DNA from: Edaphobacter aggregans
GTDB taxonomy: Bacteria > Acidobacteriota > Terriglobia > Terriglobales > Acidobacteriaceae
DNA length: 32,000 nucleotides
NCBI RefSeq assembly: GCF_003945235.1
Contig: NZ_RSDW01000001.1
Location: 3,060,001-3,092,000, forward strand
Reading direction: 5' to 3'
Made by a program: the position numbers and the translations under genes
The notes under the pieces: model-generated
The model's database searches: none
What the model saw: only the letters and a program-made list of their open reading frames with translations
What the model was told of the DNA's origin: nothing
Part shown: piece by piece, positions 7,778-15,139 of the stretch
How the letters are laid out: each line of letters begins with the position of its first letter
Numbering within the stretch: the stretch's first letter is position 1

Positions 7778-9283
7778 TCACATGCTGGCGCTATGCAGCC
7801 TTACGAAGGTATATCTTCCCGAAAATTGGATGCGTGGCGCATTGGCCTTAGCCCCGTCCTTCTGCTCCACCCATCCATAAAGAAACTCTGCACCAAAATC
7901 CAGGCTGCCAAACGAATTCCAAATGATGTTGCCTGACGAATAAGTGCTCTTGTGAAACGTATTGCCCGGCTGGAACGCAGTGTTCTGCAACTGCACAAAC
8001 CCAAACATCGCGTTCGATCGAACAGATCTGGTCCAGTAGTGCTGATAACCGATAAATGGCGCAAAGAGTGGCAGCGCTTTCAGCGTCAGATCCATCTCCG
8101 CTCTGGGTGCAGCGTCCAGGCCGAACCCTCGCGTGTCGTTCACATAGCGCGAGATTCCATTTCCATAAGCGACCTGATACACCATGTTGTCCCTGCCGTA
8201 GACGCGCACAGCACCCGATGCATTCATGCCCCATCCAAACGCAGACTCCTGCGGACCCCCATTGGGCAAACGCGCCGCCAGCTCTCGAAAGATGCTCGAC
8301 ACCTGAACATGTCCGCGTTCCGCTTCATAGCGAAACTTCAATGCGCCGTCAGGAGCCGGAGTAATCGGCGCAACCGCCGAACCATTCACAGAAAAGCGGA
8401 TATCCGAGCTCGGCTGCTCCACCGACACAGAACCGCTCATGCCTCGCCCGATCAGAAAACTGTATCTGGCCTGCGGAGGACGCACGCTAAAGCGAGAGTT
8501 CGGCCCTTGGAAGTCAAGCGAGTCCGGCGTGGCATCCGAATCCAGAAAGTTCGTAGACGTCTGTCCCACCAGAATGTTGTTTATCTGGGCATAGAAATGA
8601 CGCAGCCGCGGCGTCGTGGCACCATTGCTGCCGAAGAAATCGAACTGCATAAACATCCGCGCAGTTCCCCAACTTCTTACAGGAGCTCGAAAGTCTGTCG
8701 AAACGCGGCTTTGGCGAACGCCCGCACTGAAATTGTTCGTGCTCGATCCCTGTGGAATCGGTATCGACGCAGGAATAAACGCGTCCGTCACGCCGGCAGG
8801 CCTCGGGTCAAAAATAAAATCGCTCATGATCCGCCCATTGATACGCAGCATGGTCTGCGTACCTGGCAGAACAAAAAATCCTGGATACGTGGCCTCCAGC
8901 GGAGCGTTATAGAGACGCGCTTCGGCCTCCGAGTCTTCCGAGAAGGTCTCATAGTCCGCAGTCTGCTTGCCCATGGCTGCCCGCTGTTGTTCCGCCGACA
9001 GAGGCACCGAAGGTGGCAACGGCGGCAGCGTTCTCTCGATAGCTCCCGTCTGCACAGACACGGGCACAGGCTTCACATCCTTCACTGCGTCGGAAAGCTT
9101 GTTCTGTCCGCGCATCGCATCCAGCTCAGCTTGAATCTGGACCATCTGGCTTCGCAGCTCATCCATCCTGGTCTGCAGCTTACGCATCGCCTCGTCAGCC
9201 GTGCTCCCGGCATCCTGCGCCCCCATCCGCGCAGCTCCACATAGCAGAACAACAGTGAGCGGCATTATCAAAATCTTTTGCAT
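7778..9283 (-). CDS. Outer-membrane beta-barrel porin with N-terminal coiled coil (DcaP-like architecture)
   Basis: Signal peptide MQKILIMPLTVVLLCGAARMGAQD. It is followed by a heptad-like segment AMRKLQTRMDELRSQMVQIQAELDAMRGQ, then an alternating amphipathic beta-strand pattern with aromatic girdles. A canonical beta-signal ...RIQFSGRYTF sits near the C-terminus. Confidence 0.7.
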   Translation of the reverse strand: MQKILIMPLTVVLLCGAARMGAQDAGSTADEAMRKLQTRMDELRSQMVQIQAELDAMRGQNKLSDAVKDVKPVPVSVQTGAIERTLPPLPPSVPLSAEQQRAAMGKQTADYETFSEDSEAEARLYNAPLEATYPGFFVLPGTQTMLRINGRIMSDFIFDPRPAGVTDAFIPASIPIPQGSSTNNFSAGVRQSRVSTDFRAPVRSWGTARMFMQFDFFGSNGATTPRLRHFYAQINNILVGQTSTNFLDSDATPDSLDFQGPNSRFSVRPPQARYSFLIGRGMSGSVSVEQPSSDIRFSVNGSAVAPITPAPDGALKFRYEAERGHVQVSSIFRELAARLPNGGPQESAFGWGMNASGAVRVYGRDNMVYQVAYGNGISRYVNDTRGFGLDAAPRAEMDLTLKALPLFAPFIGYQHYWTRSVRSNAMFGFVQLQNTAFQPGNTFHKSTYSSGNIIWNSFGSLDFGAEFLYGWVEQKDGAKANAPRIQFSGRYTFVRLHSASM

Positions 9284-9337
9284 GCCCTACCTCTTGTCGT
9301 GCATTCATCTGCTGCCGGATGGCTCCGATCTAACATT

Positions 9338-9395
9338 CTCCACTAAATCGAGCGGCCATATCTCGATTCTGAAATATAGGCCATCGCGAAGCATC
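9338..9395 (+). repeat. Family-2 hairpin repeat, copy C (degenerate)
   Basis: ccactaaatcgagcggccatatctcgattctgaaatataggcc matches the ccactaaatcggg...ccatatctcgatt(t/c)tgaga core of the copies at 12236-12320 and 14814-14900, in the same orientation. The second hairpin is lost. Confidence 0.6.
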
Positions 9396-9569
9396 CCCTC
9401 CCGTCATTTCATCGCGAGCAAACTTTCACTTCTCATTCACCAATCCGCTGTAGCATTTTTCGCTAGGCCCAAAGCCAACCTGTCAGGGTGCAACTGCTTC
9501 CTATACAAACCAGCTGCTCAACTATCCCGCAAGTACGTTGCAATAATGAAATCAGATGGAGGAAGGCAC

Positions 9570-10439
9570 ATGCAGGTCTTACGCGACGTCCTCGAGAAGG
9601 CACAGAGAGATGGAGTCGGAGTTGGCCATTTCAATATCGGCGATTTCGTCATATTGAAGGCAGTATTCGCATCCGCGCAGGATCTAAAAGTTCCAGTTCT
9701 GGTCGGGGTGTCCGAGGGAGAGCGAAAATTTCTGGGCACTCGTCAGATTGCCGCGCTGGTCAAGAGCCTGCGAGATGAATTCGATTTCCCCATCTTCCTG
9801 AACGCCGATCACACGCACTCTCTGGCCAGCGCCATAGAAGCGGCCAAAGCCGGGTTTGATTCAATTGTCTTTGACCTTTCGGCGCTGCCGTTCGAGCAAA
9901 ACATACGCCAGACCAAAGAGGCGATCGAAGCGCTCAAAGGCATCAACCCTGCCATCCTCATTGAGGGCGAAATCGGCGACATCGGAACCGGTTCTGAAAT
10001 TCATGACGCTGCTCCTGATCTTTCCAAGGGCCTTACCTCGCCCGAGGAGGCAAAACAGTACGTTGACGCAACAGGAGTCGACATACTGGCTCCCGCCGTA
10101 GGCAACATGCACGGCATGCTCGCGAGCATGGTGCAGGGGACGACAAAGAAACATCTGGACATCGCAAGAATCGCTCAGATCAAGAGTGCCACCGGGGTTT
10201 TCATGACCTTACACGGCGGGTCAGGAACCGAAGACGAAGACTTTCGCAAGGCAATTGCAGCGGGAATTAATGTCGTACACATCAACACAGAACTGCGCGT
10301 TGCATGGAGACGTGGCCTGGAGCGGGGCTTGGCCAACCATCCCAACGAAGTCGTTCCTTACAAAATTTTGCCGGATGCATTCGAAGCGATTAAGCAGGTT
10401 GCCACTTCGCGCCTGAAACTCTTCAACAGCACAAAGTAA
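9570..10439 (+). CDS. Class II ketose-bisphosphate aldolase (fructose-/tagatose-1,6-bisphosphate aldolase family)
   Basis: GVGHFNI...PVLVGVSEGE...FLNADHTHS...GEIGDIG...APAVGNMHG...TLHGGSG...VHINTEL are the PF01116 zinc/substrate motifs. Listed ORF starts at 9201, but its first 123 codons run through the intergenic repeat and are not protein-like. ATG 9570 has SD ggaggaagg 5-13 nt upstream. Confidence 0.88.
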   Translation: MQVLRDVLEKAQRDGVGVGHFNIGDFVILKAVFASAQDLKVPVLVGVSEGERKFLGTRQIAALVKSLRDEFDFPIFLNADHTHSLASAIEAAKAGFDSIVFDLSALPFEQNIRQTKEAIEALKGINPAILIEGEIGDIGTGSEIHDAAPDLSKGLTSPEEAKQYVDATGVDILAPAVGNMHGMLASMVQGTTKKHLDIARIAQIKSATGVFMTLHGGSGTEDEDFRKAIAAGINVVHINTELRVAWRRGLERGLANHPNEVVPYKILPDAFEAIKQVATSRLKLFNSTK

Positions 10440-10470
10440 GACGAGCCTCGAGCTGCTACTACCAGCCTGT

Positions 10471-10935
10471 TCAGTCCTCGCGCGCCGCGGCTTCCAACGC
10501 GGGCAGATCCATCTTGATCATCCCCATCATGGCCGCCATAGCTTTGGGGTGACTGATCAACTCCCCGATATTGCGTGGCACGATCTGCCAGCATAGTCCG
10601 AAGCGGTCAGTAAGCCAGCCGCAGGCCATAGGCTTGCCACCTTCAATCAACTTGTCCCAGTAGCTGTCGATCTCTCCCTGGGAGTCGCAGCGCACGAAGA
10701 ACGAGAAGGCGGGGTTGAGCTGATACGCTGGGCCGCCGTTAAGAAAGACCATCTCCTGACCTTCAAGTTCGATCGTGATAGTAGCAATCTTGCCCACGGG
10801 CCAGGGACCAACGCCTTTGGAACGCACCTCATTAAGCCTGCGCGCGTGCGGGAAGACGCTCAGATAAAACTCAGCGGCCTCTTCAGCGTTGTCGTTGAAC
10901 CAGAGGAATGGCGCAATGTTGTTCATGGCCGACAT
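10471..10935 (-). CDS. PhnB-like VOC-superfamily protein (3-demethylubiquinone-9 3-methyltransferase domain, PF06983)
   Basis: MNNIAPFLWFNDNAEEAAEFYLSVFP...TIELEGQEMVFLNGGP...FSFFVRCDSQGEIDSYWDKLIEGG...CGWLTDRFGLCWQIVP is the typical family sequence. Confidence 0.82.
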   Translation of the reverse strand: MSAMNNIAPFLWFNDNAEEAAEFYLSVFPHARRLNEVRSKGVGPWPVGKIATITIELEGQEMVFLNGGPAYQLNPAFSFFVRCDSQGEIDSYWDKLIEGGKPMACGWLTDRFGLCWQIVPRNIGELISHPKAMAAMMGMIKMDLPALEAAARED

Positions 10936-10965
10936 GGTAGCAGACAGCAGCTCACATCAGGCAAA

Positions 10966-10999
10966 CGCAAAAGAGGTGAAGAGCAAAGCTCCTCACCTC
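10966..10999 (-). terminator. Rho-independent terminator of the GH105 gene
   Basis: 12-bp stem gaggtgaagagc (10973-10984) / gctcctcacctc (10988-10999) with 1 mismatch and a 3-nt loop. On the minus strand it is followed by TTTT (10969-10972). The hairpin starts 24 nt after the GH105 stop. Confidence 0.75.
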
Positions 11000-11022
11000 C
11001 GTCTCGCACAACTAGCTAGCTT

Positions 11023-12123
11023 TTACTTCGCCCCATCCGCCAGCAGAGCATCCGCAGCCCACATCACCGGAGCCTGCCCATGAAAGTCCCCAGTCCGCCG
11101 CTTGCGATCGTAGTAGTACTGCATGTCATCCTTCTTCCCCGTACCCTCGCACACCTGAGTCACATCGTGGTTCTGGTCCACATACCCCACCACTGCGATC
11201 CATCCCTTACGAGCAGCGGGCCCATACGTCGCGGCATCCAGCCATCCATGCTTCACGCCCATAATCATCGCAAACGCAAACATCGCCGAGCTCGAGCTCT
11301 CCGGCCAGGCATCATCCTTATCAATCAGCTCATGCCACATCCCATCCTTGCCCTGATACTTCAGCAGCGAGCTCATCATCAGCCGGTAACCCTTCATAAT
11401 CCTTGCACGATCCGGATGATCCTCCGGCAGGTCACTCAACACCTCAGCCATACCCGCCGCAACCCAACCATCCCCACGGCCCCAGAAATACTTCACATCC
11501 GGAGCATGAAAGAACAGCCCATTCGGCTGCTGCAGCTTATCCAGATACGACACCATCTCCTTCGCCACCCGATCCAGATACTTCCTATCTCCACTCGCCC
11601 GATAAGCCTCCAGCTGCAGCATCGTCAGCATGTACATATCGTCGATCCAGTACCGCGTCTCCGCCGACAAACCATCCGGCTGCGGATTCTCCCACTGCCG
11701 ATCCGCCCACCACAGCCCTTCCTTCAGAAACCGCGGATCCTTCGTCTGCCGCGCAATCTCCAACGGCACCACCCCAAAGATCGAATCATCCACATGCCGC
11801 CGCACCGGCCTCCGTTCGGCCTCCGCGCCACCCGGCATCAGTGGCTCAAACCGTTTGATCAGCGCATCCCGCAGCGCATCATTATGCGTCAGCTGCGCAT
11901 ACCGCAACGCCCCATACCACGAAGCGACCTCCGAATAATGAATCGTCTTCGTGTACTGATGCGGACTCGTCACAAAGTGCTCCGCCAGAGCCTTCCCTAC
12001 ATCCTGCGGCGAATCACCCGCAGGCCAGTTCGCAAAACTGTCATTAGCAGAAACGCCCTGCGCTCCAGCCACACCCAGACAACCCATCAATACAAAACCA
12101 CACAACGCCAACCGTGACTTCAT
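11023..12123 (-). CDS. GH105/GH88-type unsaturated rhamnogalacturonyl (glucuronyl) hydrolase, secreted
   Basis: Signal peptide MKSRLALCGFVLMGCLGVAGAQG. WIDDMYMLTMLQLEAYRASGDRKYLD...FWGRGDGWVAAGMAEVL...MWHELID...SSSAMFAFAM match YteR/YesR-like (glycosyl hydrolase family 88/105) blocks. SD ggagg lies 4 nt before the ATG. Confidence 0.85.
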   Translation of the reverse strand: MKSRLALCGFVLMGCLGVAGAQGVSANDSFANWPAGDSPQDVGKALAEHFVTSPHQYTKTIHYSEVASWYGALRYAQLTHNDALRDALIKRFEPLMPGGAEAERRPVRRHVDDSIFGVVPLEIARQTKDPRFLKEGLWWADRQWENPQPDGLSAETRYWIDDMYMLTMLQLEAYRASGDRKYLDRVAKEMVSYLDKLQQPNGLFFHAPDVKYFWGRGDGWVAAGMAEVLSDLPEDHPDRARIMKGYRLMMSSLLKYQGKDGMWHELIDKDDAWPESSSSAMFAFAMIMGVKHGWLDAATYGPAARKGWIAVVGYVDQNHDVTQVCEGTGKKDDMQYYYDRKRRTGDFHGQAPVMWAADALLADGAK

Positions 12124-12235
12124 CCCGCCTCCGCGAACACCAATTTTCTGTTCGCAAAAAGTTTATCTGATGAAAATAAGCTTTGGGAAACCACTTCAAA
12201 CCAATTCCCGCAAGAAACAGCCCTCACACACTTAG

Positions 12236-12320
12236 GTGCCCCATATCGAAATCGCCACTAAATCGGGTGCCCCATATCTCGATTTTGAGATGTGGGCCTT
12301 CGAGCGAAGCTCGAACCACT
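12236..12320 (+). repeat. Family-2 hairpin repeat, copy A
   Basis: Internal half-duplication ggtgccccatatc (12235-12247 and 12266-12278). Hairpin 1 is cccatatctc-gatttt-gagatgtggg (12271-12296). Hairpin 2 is ttcgagc-gaa-gctcgaa (12299-12315). About 85-90% identical, by eye, to copy B over ~65 nt. Confidence 0.8.
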
Positions 12321-12541
12321 CCCGCCACCCATCGGCAGCGCAGCGCGAAAGCTCACGCGCAGTATAATTTAGAGCATTCGCAGAAACGTAAGACGAGCAG
12401 GGGCCTTGTCTTGTAAAGATTGCTCTCTTCAATGCTGTTCTGGCATGTAGGCTAGCCTCCCAAAAAATATCGCTGACGATACTAAGAAAATCGTTCCCGG
12501 GCAGACACGCGGCTCGCAGTACGGATTCCATTGGGATAACC

Positions 12542-14785
12542 ATGAGTCTGATGAGGCGAAGGCGGCTCAACACGCAACGTGAAAGCCACGCTCCCTTTGT
12601 GTGGAAAATTTCCACGCGCCTGTTGCTGCTGATCTCCGGATTGTTGCTATGCATTCTCAGCCGCCCAGCCTGTGTGGCCCAGCAGAACGCCAAAAATGTC
12701 CTCTTCGTATTCAGCTCTGCGGACCAGCAACATCGCGATCTGGATTCATTTGAAAAAGGACTGCGGACTCGGGTTCCGCAACACCTCAACTTCTATACGT
12801 CATACATAGACTTTGAGCGAATGGTAGATGCCTCCTACCGGGATAGCCTCGCGGAGACTTTTCACCACGCCTACAAGAACGTAAAGCTGGATGTTGCGGT
12901 CGTATCTTCCATTGAGGCGCTTCGATTCGTGACGCAATACCGTGACAGGATTCTTCCTGGCGTGCCCATCGTCTTCTATTCACTCAGCGCCAAAGAATTG
13001 GAGGGACAGCAAATACCGGCCGGCGTCACTGGCACAACCACCGACGTCGGGCTTCGAGAAACAATCGACCTGGCGCTACGTCTTCACCCGGATGCCCAAG
13101 CTGTTGCGATTATCACGGAAGGACCGGGGTTCTGGTGGAAAGTTGCCCAGTCGGAGCTGTATCGTCATCGCGATCGAGTGAAAGAGATCGATCTTTTCGG
13201 CCCTCCATCAGAGGAGACCCTGGACAAAATAGCAGCTCTGCCTCCTCATACGCTCATCCTCTTTCAACTCGCAAAACTGAGTGCAAGAGAATCGGATATC
13301 AAACCCAATGATGTTCTCGCCGCGGCTGCCAAGCACCTGCCGACCTACTGTGCGTGGAAGGGATCATTTATTCTCGGCTGCATTGGCGGGGCTTACACCG
13401 ATGGGGAGAAGAATATCGATTCGTCGGCAGCGACAGCAGCACGAGTTCTGTCAGGCGAGCGGCCGGAAAACATTCCGGTTGTGAACGACTCCAATTTTCA
13501 GCCGCAAGTGGATTGGCGGGAGCTTCGCCGCTGGCATATACCCGAGTCGACTCTACCGTCGGGCGCCGTGATTCTCTACCGGGAGCCGAGTCTCTGGGAG
13601 CGGGGCCGCGACTACCTTATTCCTGCTATTGGGCTGATTCTCGGTCAGGCGATATTGATTGCAGCCTTGTTATGGCAGCGCGCGCGAAAGCGCAAGGCCG
13701 AGGCCGTTATGCGTGAGAGCGAGAAGCGCTTCCGTGTGATGACGGACACCACGCCGTCGCTGGTGTGGATGTGCGACTCCCACGGCAAGATCACGTATCG
13801 GAATGAGCGGCTCATCGCCTTCACCGGGCCCGACCCCACGGTTGGATTCAGCGACGCGTGGGCCAGCTACGTACATCCAGACGATCGGCAGAATCTGCTG
13901 GACACGGTCGCCCAGGCGCTGAAGAATCACAAGTCGTTTTCGACGGAATGCCGACTGCGGCGCTCCGATGGAGTCTATCGCTGGATGCTCGCCGTCGCTT
14001 CTCCGAGAGTGAATGGCGATGGATCGTTTGCTGGGCTTATTGCTTCGGCTGTTGATGTGACGGACCAGAAGCTCGCCCAACAGTCGCTCGAAAAGATGAG
14101 CGGTCGGCTGATCGAGGCCCAGGAGCAGGAGCGCAGTCGCATCGCGCGAGAACTGCATGACGATATCTGTCAGAGGCTAGCGTTGTTGTCGCTGGAGATT
14201 GACGAGGTGCATGTTGCATCTGTGGACGCAAACACGACGGAAAGCCTGGAGCAGATCGGGAGACTCTGCAGAGAGATTGGGTCGGACGTTCAGGGCCTGT
14301 CGCATCAACTGCACTCATCGATCCTTGATTACCTTGGCGTGGCAAGCGCTGTTAAGGGATTTTGCGATGAAATGTCAAAGCAATATGACCTGCAAATCGA
14401 GTTCAGCGCGCGCGATGTGCCCAAACAGTTGCCCAAGGACATTTCTCTATGCCTCTTCCGCGTGGCTCAGGAAGCGCTACATAACGCGGTGAAGTACAGC
14501 GGGATAAGCGAGTTCACCGTGGAGTTGGTTGGCACCAGGGACGTAGTTCAGCTCATGGTCACGGATAGAGGCGCGGGGTTCGACCCCGAAGACGTGAGGC
14601 AGCATGGAGGTCTGGGGCTGGTAAGCATGCAAGAGCGGGTGCATCTGGTGCACGGGACTTTTTTGGTGGACTCGGCGCCCGGCGAGGGCACCAGAATTCT
14701 GGTTGCGGTGCCCCTTGGCGTCCCGGAACGGAAGTATGCGGAAGACGACTCCACCCAGGAGATCACGAGGACCCAGCTTTACTGA
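12542..14785 (+). CDS. Sensor histidine kinase: periplasmic ABC-SBP-like domain, TM, PAS, HisKA_3, HATPase_c
   Basis: N-terminal TM/signal, then a ~300-aa periplasmic region beginning KNVLFVFSS... (ABC_sub_bind-like) and TM YLIPAIGLILGQAILIAALLW. The PAS domain reads FRVMTDTTPSLVWMCDSHGKITYRNERL...YRWMLAVASP. The H-box is ERSRIARELHDDICQRLALL (HisKA_3, NarL-partner type). The N/G boxes are EALHNAVKYSG and DRGAGF...GGLGLVSMQERV. Confidence 0.9.
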   Translation: MSLMRRRRLNTQRESHAPFVWKISTRLLLLISGLLLCILSRPACVAQQNAKNVLFVFSSADQQHRDLDSFEKGLRTRVPQHLNFYTSYIDFERMVDASYRDSLAETFHHAYKNVKLDVAVVSSIEALRFVTQYRDRILPGVPIVFYSLSAKELEGQQIPAGVTGTTTDVGLRETIDLALRLHPDAQAVAIITEGPGFWWKVAQSELYRHRDRVKEIDLFGPPSEETLDKIAALPPHTLILFQLAKLSARESDIKPNDVLAAAAKHLPTYCAWKGSFILGCIGGAYTDGEKNIDSSAATAARVLSGERPENIPVVNDSNFQPQVDWRELRRWHIPESTLPSGAVILYREPSLWERGRDYLIPAIGLILGQAILIAALLWQRARKRKAEAVMRESEKRFRVMTDTTPSLVWMCDSHGKITYRNERLIAFTGPDPTVGFSDAWASYVHPDDRQNLLDTVAQALKNHKSFSTECRLRRSDGVYRWMLAVASPRVNGDGSFAGLIASAVDVTDQKLAQQSLEKMSGRLIEAQEQERSRIARELHDDICQRLALLSLEIDEVHVASVDANTTESLEQIGRLCREIGSDVQGLSHQLHSSILDYLGVASAVKGFCDEMSKQYDLQIEFSARDVPKQLPKDISLCLFRVAQEALHNAVKYSGISEFTVELVGTRDVVQLMVTDRGAGFDPEDVRQHGGLGLVSMQERVHLVHGTFLVDSAPGEGTRILVAVPLGVPERKYAEDDSTQEITRTQLY

Positions 14786-14813
14786 CTTCATCTCGCAGTC
14801 AGACTCTTGGACG

Positions 14814-14900
14814 GGTGGCCCGCATCGAACATCCCACTAAAATCGGGCGCACCATATCTCGATTCTGAGACGTGGGCATTCGAGCGAAACTCGAACCGCT
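14814..14900 (+). repeat. Family-2 hairpin repeat, copy B
   Basis: ggtggcccgcatcgaacatcccactaaaatcgggcgcaccatatctcgattctgagacgtgggcattcgagcgaaactcgaacc is colinear with copy A and in the same orientation. Both hairpins are retained (ccatatctc/gagacgtgg and ttcgag/ctcgaa). It begins 29 nt after the kinase stop. Confidence 0.8.
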
Positions 14901-14942
14901 CTCTATATCGAGAACCGGAGCCATAAGGAGCAAACATCCTTC

Positions 14943-14990
14943 TTATTTCGTGCCTTCGGACACCTGCGTCACATCGTGGTCCTGGTCGAT
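14943..14990 (-). pseudogene. Relic fragment of a GH105-hydrolase paralogue
   Basis: The minus strand reads atc gac cag gac cac gat gtg acg cag gtg tcc gaa ggc acg aaa taa = IDQDHDVTQVSEGTK*. The intact gene has VDQNHDVTQVCEGTGKK (nt 11140-11181). 35 of 42 nt are identical by hand alignment of 14949-14990 with 11140-11181. The fragment is preceded by an in-frame TAA. Weaker, indel-ridden similarity may continue to ~15035. Confidence 0.6.
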
Positions 14991-15139
14991 TTAAGTGCAG
15001 TCCACAAACCACACTTGCCACACAGTTCACCAGCAACTAACCACCAAAAACCACGAGCAAACCACCAAAATCCCAGCAAAATTGCCATTCCACCATCGCC
15101 AAAAATTCCCGCACTGTAACCTGAAAACCAAGCAGAAAA

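Noticed and set aside
7952-9244. 430-aa antisense ORF opposite the porin gene. Similar long antisense ORFs: 3526..4233, 5808..6491, 7005..7697, 11080..12117, 17081..18085, 18115..18993 and 27174..28322.
   Set aside because: All lie opposite ORFs with recognisable family motifs and have R/H/P/S-rich, motif-free translations. The codon third-position bias of the real genes keeps the antisense frames open.
9201-9569. 5' extension of the aldolase ORF, adding 123 codons from the listed start at 9201.
   Set aside because: The extension runs through the divergent promoter region and repeat copy C, and has no aldolase homology. A strong SD precedes the internal ATG 9570, which gives the normal ~289-aa family length.
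12363-12368. Perfect TATAAT hexamer 175 nt upstream of the kinase start.
   Set aside because: There is no acceptable -35 element at 16-19 nt spacing (gcagcg/cagcgc), and it sits just after the repeat. An isolated hexamer is not sufficient evidence for a promoter.
12183-12789. ORFs 12183..12416 (+) and 12232..12789 (-) in the GH105/kinase intergenic region, and 14788..15036 (-) after the kinase. They contain strings such as VPHISILRCG and HISKSRYGAPD.
   Set aside because: These peptides are translations of the family-2 hairpin repeat, and the same string appears wherever the repeat occurs. There is no SD and no protein-like remainder.
9338-14900. Whether the repeated hairpin units could be a CRISPR array or CRISPR remnant.
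   Set aside because: Copies are kilobases apart and separated by normal genes. They are imperfect and far longer than CRISPR repeats, and no cas genes or leader are present.
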